Shown: one piece after another, positions 28,621 to 39,072 of the stretch
Layout: every line of letters starts with the position of its first letter
Position numbering within the stretch: position 1 is the first letter of the stretch
Source: an uncultured Chloroflexia bacterium
GTDB taxonomy: Bacteria > Chloroflexota > Chloroflexia > QHBQ01 > JADMIH01
Reading direction: 5' to 3'
Length of the DNA stretch: 64,000 nt
Assembly (NCBI GenBank): GCA_963797095.1
Contig: CAWCNY010000004.1
Coordinates: 640,001 to 704,000, forward strand
The notes under the pieces: generated by a model
Told to the model about the DNA's origin: nothing
Databases searched by the model: none
Seen by the model: only the letters and a program-made list of their open reading frames with translations
Made by a program: the position numbers and the translations under genes

Positions 28621-28890
28621 CTATGCCTCCGTATGTGCCAGAGGCGATTCGCTCCTGCTCTCGAGAGAAAGCATCTTCGACAAGATGCGCTGAAGTGCCA
28701 TAGCGTGGCTGCACGTTCCGTACACAGCATAGGTGCTGCAATTGCATATCCAGTGATTTTCGTTGAGTGTAAGTTGATAGTCGCTGTGCTCGCCCCTGAA
28801 ATTGGCTTGCAGGTTCAAGATGGTCACGCGTTCCGGTTCGTGCTCATACCGCTGGGCCTTCTCTATCTTGCCGATCATGCTTGAGTTCAT
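28621..28890 (-). CDS. Small SWIM-zinc-finger-like protein
   Basis: CNC-x8-CSH motif; MNSSMIGKIEKAQRY N-terminus recalled from Chloroflexota hypotheticals; GGAGG RBS. Confidence 0.8.
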   Translation of the reverse strand: MNSSMIGKIEKAQRYEHEPERVTILNLQANFRGEHSDYQLTLNENHWICNCSTYAVYGTCSHAMALQRILSKMLSLESRSESPLAHTEA

Positions 28891-29130
28891 TGAGGAACCT
28901 CCGATCTTGAATTGAGAAAGAATATTGTCCGATACGGCAACCCCTTTGCGCCGGGGCTACCATTGCCCACTGTTTCGTGCAGCCTATAGAACACAAACAC
29001 CGGCAAGAGTTCATGCTCTCAGCCGGTGTTCTAGTCTTCACGCAGGGGCACCTCGCGAACTGTTCGCAATGCCCCTGAAGAATTCCTGTCCATAAGCGGT
29101 TCCCTCCGTATCCGGAGTTTCGATAGGCTA

Positions 29131-29159
29131 ATTATACTCCTACTACCAGGTCGAGTCAA
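29131..29159 (-). promoter_or_regulatory. Sigma70 promoter defining a ~235-nt leader for the SWIM-like gene
   Basis: Minus strand TTGACT-17 nt-TATAAT. Confidence 0.8.
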
Positions 29160-29261
29160 CATCTTTTCCCCATAATTAACCCGCAGTTAGCCCCAATGGG
29201 CTAACCCCACGGCGAGTTGCGCCCAGATGCGAAGACCGCTTGTGATATAATTAGTGACAGC

Positions 29262-30746
29262 ATGAATGCTTGGTTTTGTAGGCATAAATTCAAGCTTAGA
29301 AAAAGAATATCACGCCGCAGTGCCCGCGTCCTGGTGTGTCTGGTTGCCCTCTGGATATCAGTGGCGGGCCTCCTATTGTGGCGAATGCCATCGCCTGCGC
29401 ACGCCGCTGTACCGGTCAATATGCTGTACGGATCCGCCCCCGACACGCCCGACAGCCAGCTACAGGCGATCATTGAGGACGTAATAAAGGACCACTCAGG
29501 GACCTGGGGGGTGGCGGTCAAAAAGCTCGATACCGGGCAGTATGCTGCGGTAAATGGGGACGTGCAGCAGGTATCCGCATCTCTCTATAAGCTGTGGGTG
29601 CTGTCGGAGCTTTATCACCAGGTCAGCTCCAGAAAGGTCGACCTCGACGACACCGGCACCGTCACCAATGCCGACGCCTCCGAGGATTCCTTTTACGGCG
29701 ATTTGCGTATCTACCCCGGCACCGTGCTAACCTTCCGTAGCGCAGCCCGCCAGATGGTGGTGGTTAGCGACAACACCGCCGCCCACTTTCTCGTGCGCAA
29801 CCTGGGTGTGGACCGCGTCAATGCCTTCATGCAGGCTAACGGCCTCACGCACTCGTATCTTGCCTGGGACAACGGCGGTGACAACGTAACCACCCCCCTC
29901 GATGTGTTGCGCGAGCTTGAGATGATGGCGACCTCGCAGATGGTGGATGCCGCCTCCAGCCAGGCTATGATCAACACCATGCTCGACCAGCAGATCAACA
30001 ACCGCCTGCCGCTGGGTGTCCCTTCTGAGGCGCGCATAGCCCACAAGACAGGCGACCTCGGCAATCTCCTGCATGATGTGGGGATCGTATATGGTCCCTC
30101 CGGGCCGTTCGTGATCGTGGCTATGTCAAGCCATCTATACTCGCTCCAGGACGCATTCCAGGCTATGCCTGAGCTTGCAAGTCGCGTGTACGCGTATTTC
30201 AATAACCAGGAGTCAAGCCCCGCCCGCTACTTTCCTGAGACAAAACAGACGGTGGGCCACGACTTCCTGAAAGTATGGAATGAGTACGGCGGCCTGGATA
30301 TCTTTGGGTTTCCAATCGGGCCTGAGCACATCAAAAACGGCCTCCTTGTGCAAGATTTCGAGCGTGCCCGTATGGAGTTGCACCCGGAGTTGGCGGGATC
30401 GGGCGGCCCCGACCCGACAGTTGCGCTGGGGCTGGTGGGGCAGGAACGAGCCGCCCAACTTGGCCTGCAATGGCCCCGCGCGGACAACACGGGCGAGGGA
30501 CTCTATTTCGACGCGACCGGGCAGGAGATCACGGGCGACTTTCTCTGGTACTGGCAAAACAGGGGAGGCGAGCGCATTTTCGGCTGGCCTATCTCCCCGG
30601 CGGCGGAGATGGTGAACCCGGCTGACGGCAAGAGCTACCTCACTCAGTGGTTCCAGCGAGCACGCATGGAATATCATCCTGAGATGCCTGAGGGCCAGCG
30701 CATCGTTTTGGGTGCTCTCGGCACGGAACTGGCATCCGATAGATAA
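29262..30746 (+). CDS. Secreted class-A beta-lactamase-like serine hydrolase with C-terminal Chloroflexota surface repeats
   Basis: SLYK (SxxK), SDN, KTG; two F...W...GG..IFG.PI repeats; signal peptide. Confidence 0.88.
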   Translation: MNAWFCRHKFKLRKRISRRSARVLVCLVALWISVAGLLLWRMPSPAHAAVPVNMLYGSAPDTPDSQLQAIIEDVIKDHSGTWGVAVKKLDTGQYAAVNGDVQQVSASLYKLWVLSELYHQVSSRKVDLDDTGTVTNADASEDSFYGDLRIYPGTVLTFRSAARQMVVVSDNTAAHFLVRNLGVDRVNAFMQANGLTHSYLAWDNGGDNVTTPLDVLRELEMMATSQMVDAASSQAMINTMLDQQINNRLPLGVPSEARIAHKTGDLGNLLHDVGIVYGPSGPFVIVAMSSHLYSLQDAFQAMPELASRVYAYFNNQESSPARYFPETKQTVGHDFLKVWNEYGGLDIFGFPIGPEHIKNGLLVQDFERARMELHPELAGSGGPDPTVALGLVGQERAAQLGLQWPRADNTGEGLYFDATGQEITGDFLWYWQNRGGERIFGWPISPAAEMVNPADGKSYLTQWFQRARMEYHPEMPEGQRIVLGALGTELASDR

Positions 30747-30878
30747 GCTCGATCCTGGTGTAAAGCGCAACCATATCGCCTGCCCGACCGTTATACTTGC
30801 TAGGCAGGCATGCATCCTGCGAGGCTATGTCGTTCCCACCGATCGCGCTCGCCTATTGCCCGAACAGGAATCCCACCC

Positions 30879-33074
30879 ATGACCCACGGAAGAAACCGCA
30901 AGAGTATCCTGTCTGCCCTTCTGTTAGCCTGCTCGGTGCTGGTATCGGTTGTAGTCACGAGCGAAGCCGCCGATAAGCCATCTGACCCGAATATCGCCCA
31001 GAGCACGACTCCACTGGCAACTGCCCAGAAGAGCCTGCAATCGAAATCCGCCGGTGAGGACCTCGAAGCTGACACAATCAAGTACGGATTCTTGATGGCA
31101 CTGACCGGGAATAACTCCGCCGTTCGCACTATGGGCTTTACTTGGGTATCATACGGCGTCTTCTGGAGCGAAGAAGAACCTACGCAGGGGCAGTATAGCT
31201 GGCTCTCAGGCGCAAACAACGTAGATAACATAGCGGACGCGGCGCGCACCGCCAACGTAAACCTCCTTATCCGTATCAGCCGCACGCCCGATTGGGCGCG
31301 TGACCCTAATTGCGCGGGCAACGACACGTGCCCCCCTGCGGACGCCACCAACTTCGGCAGGTTCGCCGGCGTCCTGGCCGCCAGGGTGCGCTCTCGTTTG
31401 AGCGGCCAGCAGGTGGCGTACGAGATATGGAACGAACCCAACACGTCGGGCGAATGGGGCGGCCTGTGCCCCGATCCCGCCAGGTACACCGCTTTGTTGC
31501 GGGCCGCCTACCCTCGGATCAAAGCCAGTGACCCCTCGGCCACCGTCGCCGGAGGGGCGGTCACCACCGTGGCCGAGGTGCGTACAAACTGCCACGTAGA
31601 CGATCTCAACTTCATCCAGGGGATGTACAACGCGGGCGCGGCCCCTTACTTCGACGTACTTTCCGACCATCCCTACGGTTTCATCACCGCCCCCGAGGCA
31701 GACCCTGTGACAAGTCCCAGCGGACTGGTGTTTCGAAGGGCCGAGCGCCACCGGGCGTACATGGTGGCAAACGGCGACGGCAGCAAGAAGATTTGGGCTA
31801 CCGAGTTGGGCTGGGCCATCAACCCGGCCACCGAGGGCTATAGCTGCCCGGCGAGCGAAATTCAGTGGTACCAGATATACAACCAGCAGCAGCAGGCCGA
31901 TTACCTTGTGAGGGCCTACCAGTGGGCGCGCTCGTATTGGCCCTGGATGGGTGCGATGTTCACCTGGAACTTCGACTTTGACGAGGCCCCCTGGTACTCG
32001 GAGTGCAATTCGTTCCGCTTCTACGCCGTGAAGAATCGCCTGGCGAAAAGCGCGCTCCAGAACCTGGTGCTACACCCGCCACCCACCTACACGCCCGTGC
32101 CCGTAAGCCCCACTCCTTCGGCTACTCCTATTGATGGCCCGCCTGTGATCACCGATGTGCGCTACAACGCGACCCATTTCACTAGGGACGGGGGGCCGCT
32201 GACCATTGACCTTGACGCACATGATAACGATACAACGCCGATTGATACCGCCCAGGTGCTGGTGACCTTCCCAACTACCGGCACGCAGCTATTAAGCATG
32301 ACCCTCGCATCCGGCACCCAATATTCGGGTACATGGCATCTCGACTTCACTATACCATCTAATAACGGCCCGACCGTGCTCACTTACACTATGCAGCCAT
32401 ATGTTGTCGAGCAATTCCCGCCGCGCCGCACTACGATGGCCCCCAGCCAGCAGATCGTGCTGGCGAACACACGCTTCTGGGATGTGCCAACCGATTACTG
32501 GGCCTACAGCTATATCGAATCACTCGCGTCCGGGGGAGCTATCGGTGGCTACAGTGATGGCTCATTCAAGCCGGGCAATAACGCGACACGTGCCCAGTTG
32601 TCGAAGATAGTGGTGCTGGCGTTCGGGTTCCCGTTATTGAACCCGACAAACTCCAGCTTCCACGATGTGCCAGCCGGGTCTACTTTCTACCAGTATGTGG
32701 AGACCGCAGTCGCGCGAAGTCTCGTGAACGGTTATACCTGCGGAGGCGCTGGCGAGCCTTGCGTGCCGCCCGGCAACAAGCCCTACTTCCGCCCCAACGA
32801 CCCCGTCACCAGGGCGCAGATCGCCAAGATCGTGGTGCTCGCAGGGGGCTGGAACCTCCTCAATCCTGCCGCGAGCACTTTCGAGGATGTGCCGCCAGGC
32901 TCGACTTTCTACCGGTATGTAGAGACCGCCTACACGCGGGGCATCCTCGCAGGCTACGAGTGCGGCAACCCTGAGCCATGCGTGTCCCCAGGCGACAAGC
33001 CCTATTTCCGACCCAACAGCAACGCCTCGCGTGCCCAGATCAGCAAGATGGTGTATCTCGCGGCCAACCCGTAA
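30879..33074 (+). CDS. Secreted GH-A clan glycoside hydrolase (GH5/GH39-like) with three SLH domains
   Basis: EIWNEPN acid/base, ATELGW nucleophile, HPYG; F.DVP...FKPGNNATRAQLSK repeats. Confidence 0.88.
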   Translation: MTHGRNRKSILSALLLACSVLVSVVVTSEAADKPSDPNIAQSTTPLATAQKSLQSKSAGEDLEADTIKYGFLMALTGNNSAVRTMGFTWVSYGVFWSEEEPTQGQYSWLSGANNVDNIADAARTANVNLLIRISRTPDWARDPNCAGNDTCPPADATNFGRFAGVLAARVRSRLSGQQVAYEIWNEPNTSGEWGGLCPDPARYTALLRAAYPRIKASDPSATVAGGAVTTVAEVRTNCHVDDLNFIQGMYNAGAAPYFDVLSDHPYGFITAPEADPVTSPSGLVFRRAERHRAYMVANGDGSKKIWATELGWAINPATEGYSCPASEIQWYQIYNQQQQADYLVRAYQWARSYWPWMGAMFTWNFDFDEAPWYSECNSFRFYAVKNRLAKSALQNLVLHPPPTYTPVPVSPTPSATPIDGPPVITDVRYNATHFTRDGGPLTIDLDAHDNDTTPIDTAQVLVTFPTTGTQLLSMTLASGTQYSGTWHLDFTIPSNNGPTVLTYTMQPYVVEQFPPRRTTMAPSQQIVLANTRFWDVPTDYWAYSYIESLASGGAIGGYSDGSFKPGNNATRAQLSKIVVLAFGFPLLNPTNSSFHDVPAGSTFYQYVETAVARSLVNGYTCGGAGEPCVPPGNKPYFRPNDPVTRAQIAKIVVLAGGWNLLNPAASTFEDVPPGSTFYRYVETAYTRGILAGYECGNPEPCVSPGDKPYFRPNSNASRAQISKMVYLAANP

Positions 33075-33179
33075 AGCGTAGCTGATAGGTCTGCTACCAT
33101 ATTTTGCCCATGAAGATCGCCTCTCTAGATCCTCCCAGGCTTGTGGATGTTGCGGCATATAGGCTAATCTACACTGTAA

Positions 33180-33302
33180 ATGTGTACTTTGATATAACCG
33201 CTGATCCGGATTTTGTGAGGGTGGAGTGAAGGTAGTTATTCTTGCCTTCATATACTAAATGGCATTGGTAGGACAAAACGGGACAGGTCTTGAGGTGTAC
33301 TT
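33180..33302 (-). repeat. Dispersed 123-bp non-coding module, copy B
   Basis: See copy A at 14174-14296. Confidence 0.85.
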
Positions 33303-33486
33303 AAGTACAGTTTTTTAGTGTGCAAGGATTGGGAAGGGATAGAAGAGGCTGGGCACAAAATTGATGCGTGACCTTGCCCGCCATGCTCCTACTACGTTAT
33401 AATATGCTGCCTCAGTGCGTGTTCTCTATTAAGGACCGGAGTATTCCACGCACCACAGACAAGCAAGGCGACGGAGCAGGAGGAGC

Positions 33487-34875
33487 ATGGATACCGAGAC
33501 CCCCAACGCACCGGATGAGGTCGAAAGCGGCGAGATTGAACAGCCCCAGGCCGATATTCCGCCCGAACCACAACCAACGGAAGCCGCGCCCGAAGCTCAA
33601 GCGCAACCACAAACCCAGCCCCCTCCCCAGAACCTGCCCCCGCCTACAGCCCTCATCATAGGCCAGTCGGGCGGGCCAACGGCAGCCATCAACTCCTCTC
33701 TGGTGGGCGTGATCCGCGAGGCACGCGCCCAGGGTGTGCGTCGCATCTATGGGATGAGGAACGGCATCCAGGGACTATTGCGCGGTGACCTGGTAGACCT
33801 GGGCAGCCTGCCCAACGACGTGCTCCCCGCCCTTCAGCAGACCCCCTCGGCGGCCCTCGGCTCGTGCCGCTACCACCTCACTGACGCCGATGTGCCCCAG
33901 GCCCTGGCCGTCCTTCGCGAACACGGCGTTCAGTGCATGGTCTATATAGGAGGCAACGACTCCGCCGACACTTCCCATCGGCTTGCGACGGCGGCAATGA
34001 CTTCCGACTACGACCTGAGGGTGGTGGCGGTTCCCAAGACCATCGACAACGACCTGCCGGTGACCGACCACTGCCCCGGCTACGGCTCAGCCGCCCGATA
34101 CGTCGCCATCTCTACCCTTGAAACTACCCTCGATACAAAGGCCATGCCCGACATCTATCCGGTAAAGATCCTGGAGACGATGGGCAGGCACGCGGGGTGG
34201 CTGACCGCTTCGGCGGCGCTGGCACGAGCCACCGGTTGGGAGACACCTCACCTGATCTATGTGCCAGAATGCCCCAAGGAAGTAGACGAAATCCTGGGCG
34301 ACGTGACCCGTGTTTACCAGGACTACGGGCATGTGGTGATCGCGATGTCCGAGAACCTGCGCAGCCGCGATGGCAAGCCTTTCGCGCTGGCTGCCCTGGA
34401 AGCGCTGGGCGAGAATGTCGCATCTTCGGGCAATGGAACGCCGGGGCCTGATTTTGTCGATCCGTTCGGGCACCAGTATTACCGGGGCATCAGCGCAGCC
34501 TGGACTCTCAGCCAATTGATCACCAAGCGCCTGGACCTGCGCTCGCGTGTGGACCAGCCTGGCACTCTCCAGAGGATGTCACAGGCCCACCAGAGCGAGG
34601 TCGACCTGATCGAAGCGGAGGAATGCGGCAGGGCAGCGGTGCGCGCCGCATTGTCGGGCGAGACCGATTGCATGGTCATTCTTGAGCGCGCGGAAGCCCC
34701 GGTGTACAGGGCCACAATCGGCCTGGCTCCGCTCGACACAATCGCTAATATCGAGAAACACCTGCCGGCCGACTTCCTCAACCCGGCAGGCAATTTCGTC
34801 ACTCAAATGTTCATAGACTATGCTCTTCCACTCATCGGAGGGCCATTACCACAGTATGTAGAACTGCAAGCGTGA
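33487..34875 (+). CDS. pfp: Pyrophosphate-dependent phosphofructokinase
   Basis: GQSGGPT, GGNDS and PKTIDND (PPi-specifying Asp/Lys), MGRHAGW; Pro/Gln-rich N-terminal extension. Confidence 0.92.
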   Translation: MDTETPNAPDEVESGEIEQPQADIPPEPQPTEAAPEAQAQPQTQPPPQNLPPPTALIIGQSGGPTAAINSSLVGVIREARAQGVRRIYGMRNGIQGLLRGDLVDLGSLPNDVLPALQQTPSAALGSCRYHLTDADVPQALAVLREHGVQCMVYIGGNDSADTSHRLATAAMTSDYDLRVVAVPKTIDNDLPVTDHCPGYGSAARYVAISTLETTLDTKAMPDIYPVKILETMGRHAGWLTASAALARATGWETPHLIYVPECPKEVDEILGDVTRVYQDYGHVVIAMSENLRSRDGKPFALAALEALGENVASSGNGTPGPDFVDPFGHQYYRGISAAWTLSQLITKRLDLRSRVDQPGTLQRMSQAHQSEVDLIEAEECGRAAVRAALSGETDCMVILERAEAPVYRATIGLAPLDTIANIEKHLPADFLNPAGNFVTQMFIDYALPLIGGPLPQYVELQA

Positions 34876-34941
34876 CCCAAGCCCGATATTCTTACTGAGC
34901 TTGACACGCACAAACCTCAATCAAAGGAGATTGATAACCAC

Positions 34942-35790
34942 ATGGAAATCAAGACAGTAGGTGTAGTAGGCGCTGGCACGATGGGCAATGGGATCGCCCA
35001 GGTATTCGCGACGGCAGGCTTCGCGGTGAAGCTGCGCGACGTTGGTGAAGCGCCCCTTGAGCGCGGGATCAGCAACATCCGCAAAAGCCTCGCCAAGTTC
35101 GTGGAGAAGGGTAAGATGACCCAGGACGAGAACGACGCAGCCCTGGGCCACATCACCACCACCACAGAGCTTTCGGACCTGTCCACCTGCGACCTCGTTG
35201 TAGAGGCGATCTTCGAGAATTACGAGATCAAAGCCGCGGTCTTCAAGGAATTGGACGGCATGCTTGGTCCCGACGCGATCCTTGCCTCCAACACATCCTC
35301 TATCGACATTACGCGCCTGGCGGCGGTCACAGGCAGGGCCGACCGAGTGATCGGTATGCACTTCTTCAACCCCGTACCCCTCATGCAGTTAGTCGAGATT
35401 ATTCGTGGCTTGTCTACGAGCGACGAGACCTATGCAACGATCCGCGACCTGGCCCTGAAGCTGGGTAAGACGCCCGTGGAAGTGCGCGACTATCCCGGCT
35501 TCGTCTCCAACCGAGTGCTGATGCCGATGATAAACGAGGCGGTGTTCGCCCTGTATGAAGGTGTGGCCTCCAAAGAAGATATCGACACCGTCATGAAATT
35601 GGGCATGAACCACCCGATGGGGCCGCTCACCCTGGCCGACTTCATCGGCCTGGATGTGTGCCTGGATATTCTGAACGTGCTATATGACGGCTTCAAAGAC
35701 CCCAAGTACCGGCCATGCCCTCTGCTGGTGAAGATGGTGCAAGCAGGTAAGCTGGGTCGCAAGTCGGGCGAAGGGTTCTATAAGTACTAG
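34942..35790 (+). CDS. hbd: 3-hydroxybutyryl-CoA dehydrogenase
   Basis: [33 protein letters not shown]. Confidence 0.95.
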   Translation: MEIKTVGVVGAGTMGNGIAQVFATAGFAVKLRDVGEAPLERGISNIRKSLAKFVEKGKMTQDENDAALGHITTTTELSDLSTCDLVVEAIFENYEIKAAVFKELDGMLGPDAILASNTSSIDITRLAAVTGRADRVIGMHFFNPVPLMQLVEIIRGLSTSDETYATIRDLALKLGKTPVEVRDYPGFVSNRVLMPMINEAVFALYEGVASKEDIDTVMKLGMNHPMGPLTLADFIGLDVCLDILNVLYDGFKDPKYRPCPLLVKMVQAGKLGRKSGEGFYKY

Positions 35791-35807
35791 CCGGGGCAAA
35801 GCACTGA

Positions 35808-35908
35808 ACGAGTAGCAGGTAGCGAGTAGCGAGTTTTCCTAGTTCTGACTACCGACTACCGACTACCGACTGCCGACTACCAGTAACTAGGAACTTGGAA
35901 CTTGGAAC
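35808..35908. repeat. Cluster of heptamer repeats (GAGTAGC)n, (GACTACC)n, (GGAACTT)n
   Basis: Visible between hbd and the acyl-CoA dehydrogenase. Confidence 0.9.
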
Positions 35909-35919
35909 GAGGTAATCAG

Positions 35920-37071
35920 ATGGAATTCGCCTTAACAGAAGAACAAAGATTGATCCAGCAGACGGCCCGCGAATTCGCGGACGAGAAGCTGGCACCCCTG
36001 GCCGCCGAGTACGACCGGAGCGAAGAGTTCACGGCCCCGCAGGCCAAAATGCTGGCCGAGATGGGCTTCCTTGGCATGATGGTGCCCGAAGAATACGGCG
36101 GCGCGGGCCTGGACACCGTCTCCTATGTGCTCGCCATGGAGGAAGTCAGCCGGGCATGCGCTTCAAGCTCGGTGACTATGACCGTCCAGAACTCGCTCGT
36201 CAACTGGCCCATCCAGTATTACGGGAACGAAGAACAGAAGCGCAAATACCTGGTGCCCCTCGCACGGGGCGAGATCCTGGGGTGCTTTGGTCTCAGCGAA
36301 CCCGCCGCAGGCTCGGACCCCGCTTCGATGGCGACCACCGCCATTGAGGACGGCGACAGCTACATCCTCAACGGCTCCAAGATATTCATCTCCAATGGAG
36401 GGGTATCGCAAATAGCCCTCGTGTGGACGCAAACCGACCGCGACCTCAAGCACAAAGGGATCACCTGCTTCATCGTCGATGCGGATGCTCCCGGCTTCGT
36501 CATAGGGGCTGAGGAGAAGAAGCTCGGCATCCGAGGCTCCAACACCACCGAGCTGCACTTTGAGAATTGCCGCGTGCCCAAAGCCAATATGCTTGGCAGC
36601 CTGGGCGAGGGGTTCAAGATCGCCATGCAAACGCTCGATGGGGGGCGGATCGGGATCGCGGCGCAAGCCGTCGGGATCGGGCAGGCTTGTGTTGATGCAT
36701 CCGTCAAATATGCACATGAGAGGCAGGCGTTCGGCAAGCCGCTGGGAGACATTCAGGCGATCCAGTTCAAGATAGCAGATATGGCTATGGAGGTGCAGGC
36801 ATCGCGCCTACTGACTTTGCACGCGGCCTGGACCAAAGACCAGGGGGTGCGCTTCTCCAAGGAAGCCGCGATGGCGAAATTGCACGCCTCTGAAGCCGCC
36901 ACAAATGCCGCGCATATGGCGGTGCAGGTGCACGGCGGTTACGGCTACCTGCGCGACTTCCCGGTGGAGAGGCTCTACCGCGACGCTCGCATCACCGAGA
37001 TCTACGAGGGCACCTCCGAGATACAACGTATCGTGATAAGCAGCATGGTGCTCAAGGAAGGCCAGCGGTAA
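35920..37071 (+). CDS. Short-chain acyl-CoA (butyryl-CoA-like) dehydrogenase
   Basis: LSEPAAGSD, LNGSKIFISNG, EKKLGIRGS, IYEGTSEIQR. Confidence 0.95.
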   Translation: MEFALTEEQRLIQQTAREFADEKLAPLAAEYDRSEEFTAPQAKMLAEMGFLGMMVPEEYGGAGLDTVSYVLAMEEVSRACASSSVTMTVQNSLVNWPIQYYGNEEQKRKYLVPLARGEILGCFGLSEPAAGSDPASMATTAIEDGDSYILNGSKIFISNGGVSQIALVWTQTDRDLKHKGITCFIVDADAPGFVIGAEEKKLGIRGSNTTELHFENCRVPKANMLGSLGEGFKIAMQTLDGGRIGIAAQAVGIGQACVDASVKYAHERQAFGKPLGDIQAIQFKIADMAMEVQASRLLTLHAAWTKDQGVRFSKEAAMAKLHASEAATNAAHMAVQVHGGYGYLRDFPVERLYRDARITEIYEGTSEIQRIVISSMVLKEGQR

Positions 37072-37092
37072 TGGCTAAATAACGGATAAAAG

Positions 37093-37125
37093 AAAGGACG
37101 GGTGTGCTCTTGCACCCGTCCTTTT
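37093..37125. terminator. Bidirectional intrinsic terminator
   Basis: AAAGGACGGGTGT-GCTCT-TGCACCCGTCCTTTT with A/T tails on both sides. Confidence 0.85.
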
Positions 37126-37142
37126 GCCGCAGTCGTCGTGAC

Positions 37143-37268
37143 TTACTTGTCGCGCTTCTGGTTCGCCTTGCGAACCTTGCTGAGAAGCCTGCTAACCTTG
37201 GCGTCCTTGGCGCGCTCGCGGTCAATGTCACGTGCGATCTGGTAAATTGCATACATATTGGAAAGCAT
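37143..37268 (-). CDS. 41-aa basic small protein MLSNMYAIYQIARDIDRERAKDAKVSRLLSKVRKANQKRDK
   Basis: GAGGAGGAGG RBS, TACAAT -10 at 37327-37332, terminator right after the stop; below the ORF-track cut-off. Confidence 0.75.
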   Translation of the reverse strand: MLSNMYAIYQIARDIDRERAKDAKVSRLLSKVRKANQKRDK

Positions 37269-37566
37269 CGCTTTGTCCCTCCTCCTCATTAGTCTTCAGC
37301 CGTCTCTTGTTATTCCTCACACTGCTATTGTAGCCGTGTACAGGCTTCGGCACATCGGAAATAGGAGGTAACAATCGGATAGACTATAGTCTCATTAACC
37401 GGGTGTAAAGGGTACACCTAACGATGCGAGAGAGCATACATCTATAGATGTATGTCTAAGTGACCCTGCAAACACGCGAAAATCGGGGTTTGAACCGGTG
37501 CTAAAAGAACTTGAGAGGAGGGGGAAAGTATTCGGAAAAAACTGCCGTTAAGTCCAGTATTTGAAA

Positions 37567-38112
37567 CTACTTGCCGGTTGCTGCTGTTCTTATCGCGCTA
37601 ATCAACTGCTTGTAAGGAACGCCTTTTTCCAAAAATAGATTGACACCTGCTCTTTGTGCTGCCGTTCTGTCTGCTTCCCCGTCGTGAATGCTGAGTGCCA
37701 CCACCGAATTTGCCAGGTTACCTTCCTTGATCTCAGTCAGTGCATCAAAATCATCGCAGCAGTGCATATCCAGATCAACTAAAACAACATCGGGGCGCAT
37801 TCGGTAGGCCATCTTGATCATTTCGCAATCGTCGGCGGCCTCGCCCACTACACTGATCTGCGGGTCCAATTCCAACATCGTCTTGAGGCAGGAGCGAAGG
37901 GTCGCATGATCGCCCGCAATAAGGACGCGCACCGCAGAAAGTTGAGGGGAAACGGTTGGGGAAACTACCGGGGAATTCTGAGGGGAGACGGAGGTAACAG
38001 AAGAAGCGCCTGATCTGGATTTAGTCTCGCCGCCTATCGATATACGTGGAAAGCGCTGTCGTCCAGCATATTCAGCAGGTGATATTTGGCGAGTATTCAG
38101 GGTCATCAGCAT
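37567..38112 (-). CDS. Receiver-only response regulator with Ser/Pro-rich N-terminal extension
   Basis: VLIAGDH, PDVVLVDLDM, FLEKG; no output domain; GGAGG RBS. Confidence 0.82.
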   Translation of the reverse strand: MLMTLNTRQISPAEYAGRQRFPRISIGGETKSRSGASSVTSVSPQNSPVVSPTVSPQLSAVRVLIAGDHATLRSCLKTMLELDPQISVVGEAADDCEMIKMAYRMRPDVVLVDLDMHCCDDFDALTEIKEGNLANSVVALSIHDGEADRTAAQRAGVNLFLEKGVPYKQLISAIRTAATGK

Positions 38113-38317
38113 CCTCCGTAGGTATCTAGTCTGTTATGAACTTGTCCCCACTGATGCCGTAAAAACTTATACCAGGCCGGGGATAAATGTCATCCTTTTT
38201 ATATATATCACAATTTATCGCCGTTGTCACTGGTATTTAGGCACTAATTTGCTTATATCCGCTGGTAGTATGTAAGATACATCGCAAGACCTAGAAATAA
38301 TGTTCCAAAAATGTGGA

Positions 38318-38974
38318 TTAATCCACAATTCGCTGCCGTAGTGCGTAAACGGCGGCTTGAGTCCGGTCTGACAGGTGCAACTTTTGGAGTATGTTGCTGA
38401 CGTGGGTCTTGACGGTCTTTTCGCTCAGAACCAGCTCTTCCGATATATCTTTGTTGCTTTTGCCCTGCGCTATCAGCCTTAATACCTCAAGTTCTCGCTC
38501 GGTCAGGTCGTGTTTGGGGGCCGAGGGTTGGGGGTTGGCGAACTCTTGCATCACCTTGCGGGCGATCTCAGGGTCGAGCTGGGCTTCTCCCCTGTTGACG
38601 GTCCTGATGGCCGTCACAAGATCGCTGGGATCAACATCTTTCATCAGATAGCCCTGCGCGCCCGCCTTAATGGAAGCAAAGACCTTCTCATCCTCGCTGA
38701 AAGATGTGAGCACTATCACTCGCGTATTGGGAGAGAGGTTGCGAACGGCCCTGGTGGCCTCAACACCATCCATCACGGGCATGACAAGGTCCATAAGCAC
38801 TATGTCGGGCAGCTTTTCGCCCACCAGTGCCAGCGCCTCGCGCCCATTAGCGGCTTCGCCAACCACCTCTATGTCCGGTTGCAATTGCAAGTAAGTCATA
38901 AGTCCCTGCCGCACGATAGCGTGGTCGTCCACTATGATCACGGTGATCTTGTCAGCATCTCCTGAATTCGCCAT
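38318..38974 (-). CDS. NarL/LiaR-family response regulator
   Basis: VDDHAIVRQG, MDLVMP, LTERELEVL...SNKDI...TVKTHVSNIL. Confidence 0.96.
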   Translation of the reverse strand: MANSGDADKITVIIVDDHAIVRQGLMTYLQLQPDIEVVGEAANGREALALVGEKLPDIVLMDLVMPVMDGVEATRAVRNLSPNTRVIVLTSFSEDEKVFASIKAGAQGYLMKDVDPSDLVTAIRTVNRGEAQLDPEIARKVMQEFANPQPSAPKHDLTERELEVLRLIAQGKSNKDISEELVLSEKTVKTHVSNILQKLHLSDRTQAAVYALRQRIVD

Positions 38975-38995
38975 TGCTCCCTCCCAGAGAGTGAT

Positions 38996-39056
38996 ACGTG
39001 ACCTGCTTCGTACTGCGTGCTGCGTATTTACTCGTCACTCGTCACTCGTCACTCGT
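38996..39056. repeat. Composite heptamer repeat ending in (ACTCGTC)n
   Basis: Same layout as 6836-6898. Confidence 0.9.
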
Positions 39057-39072
39057 AATCATCAGCCTCGTC

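Noticed and set aside
29090-29120. Calling a c-di-AMP riboswitch
   Set aside because: Only the 5' motif is present; the conserved 3' half was not found, so it is kept as an unknown leader
32634-33251. 205-aa minus-strand ORF
   Set aside because: Mostly antisense to the SLH domains; the homologous copy at 14225 has an early stop
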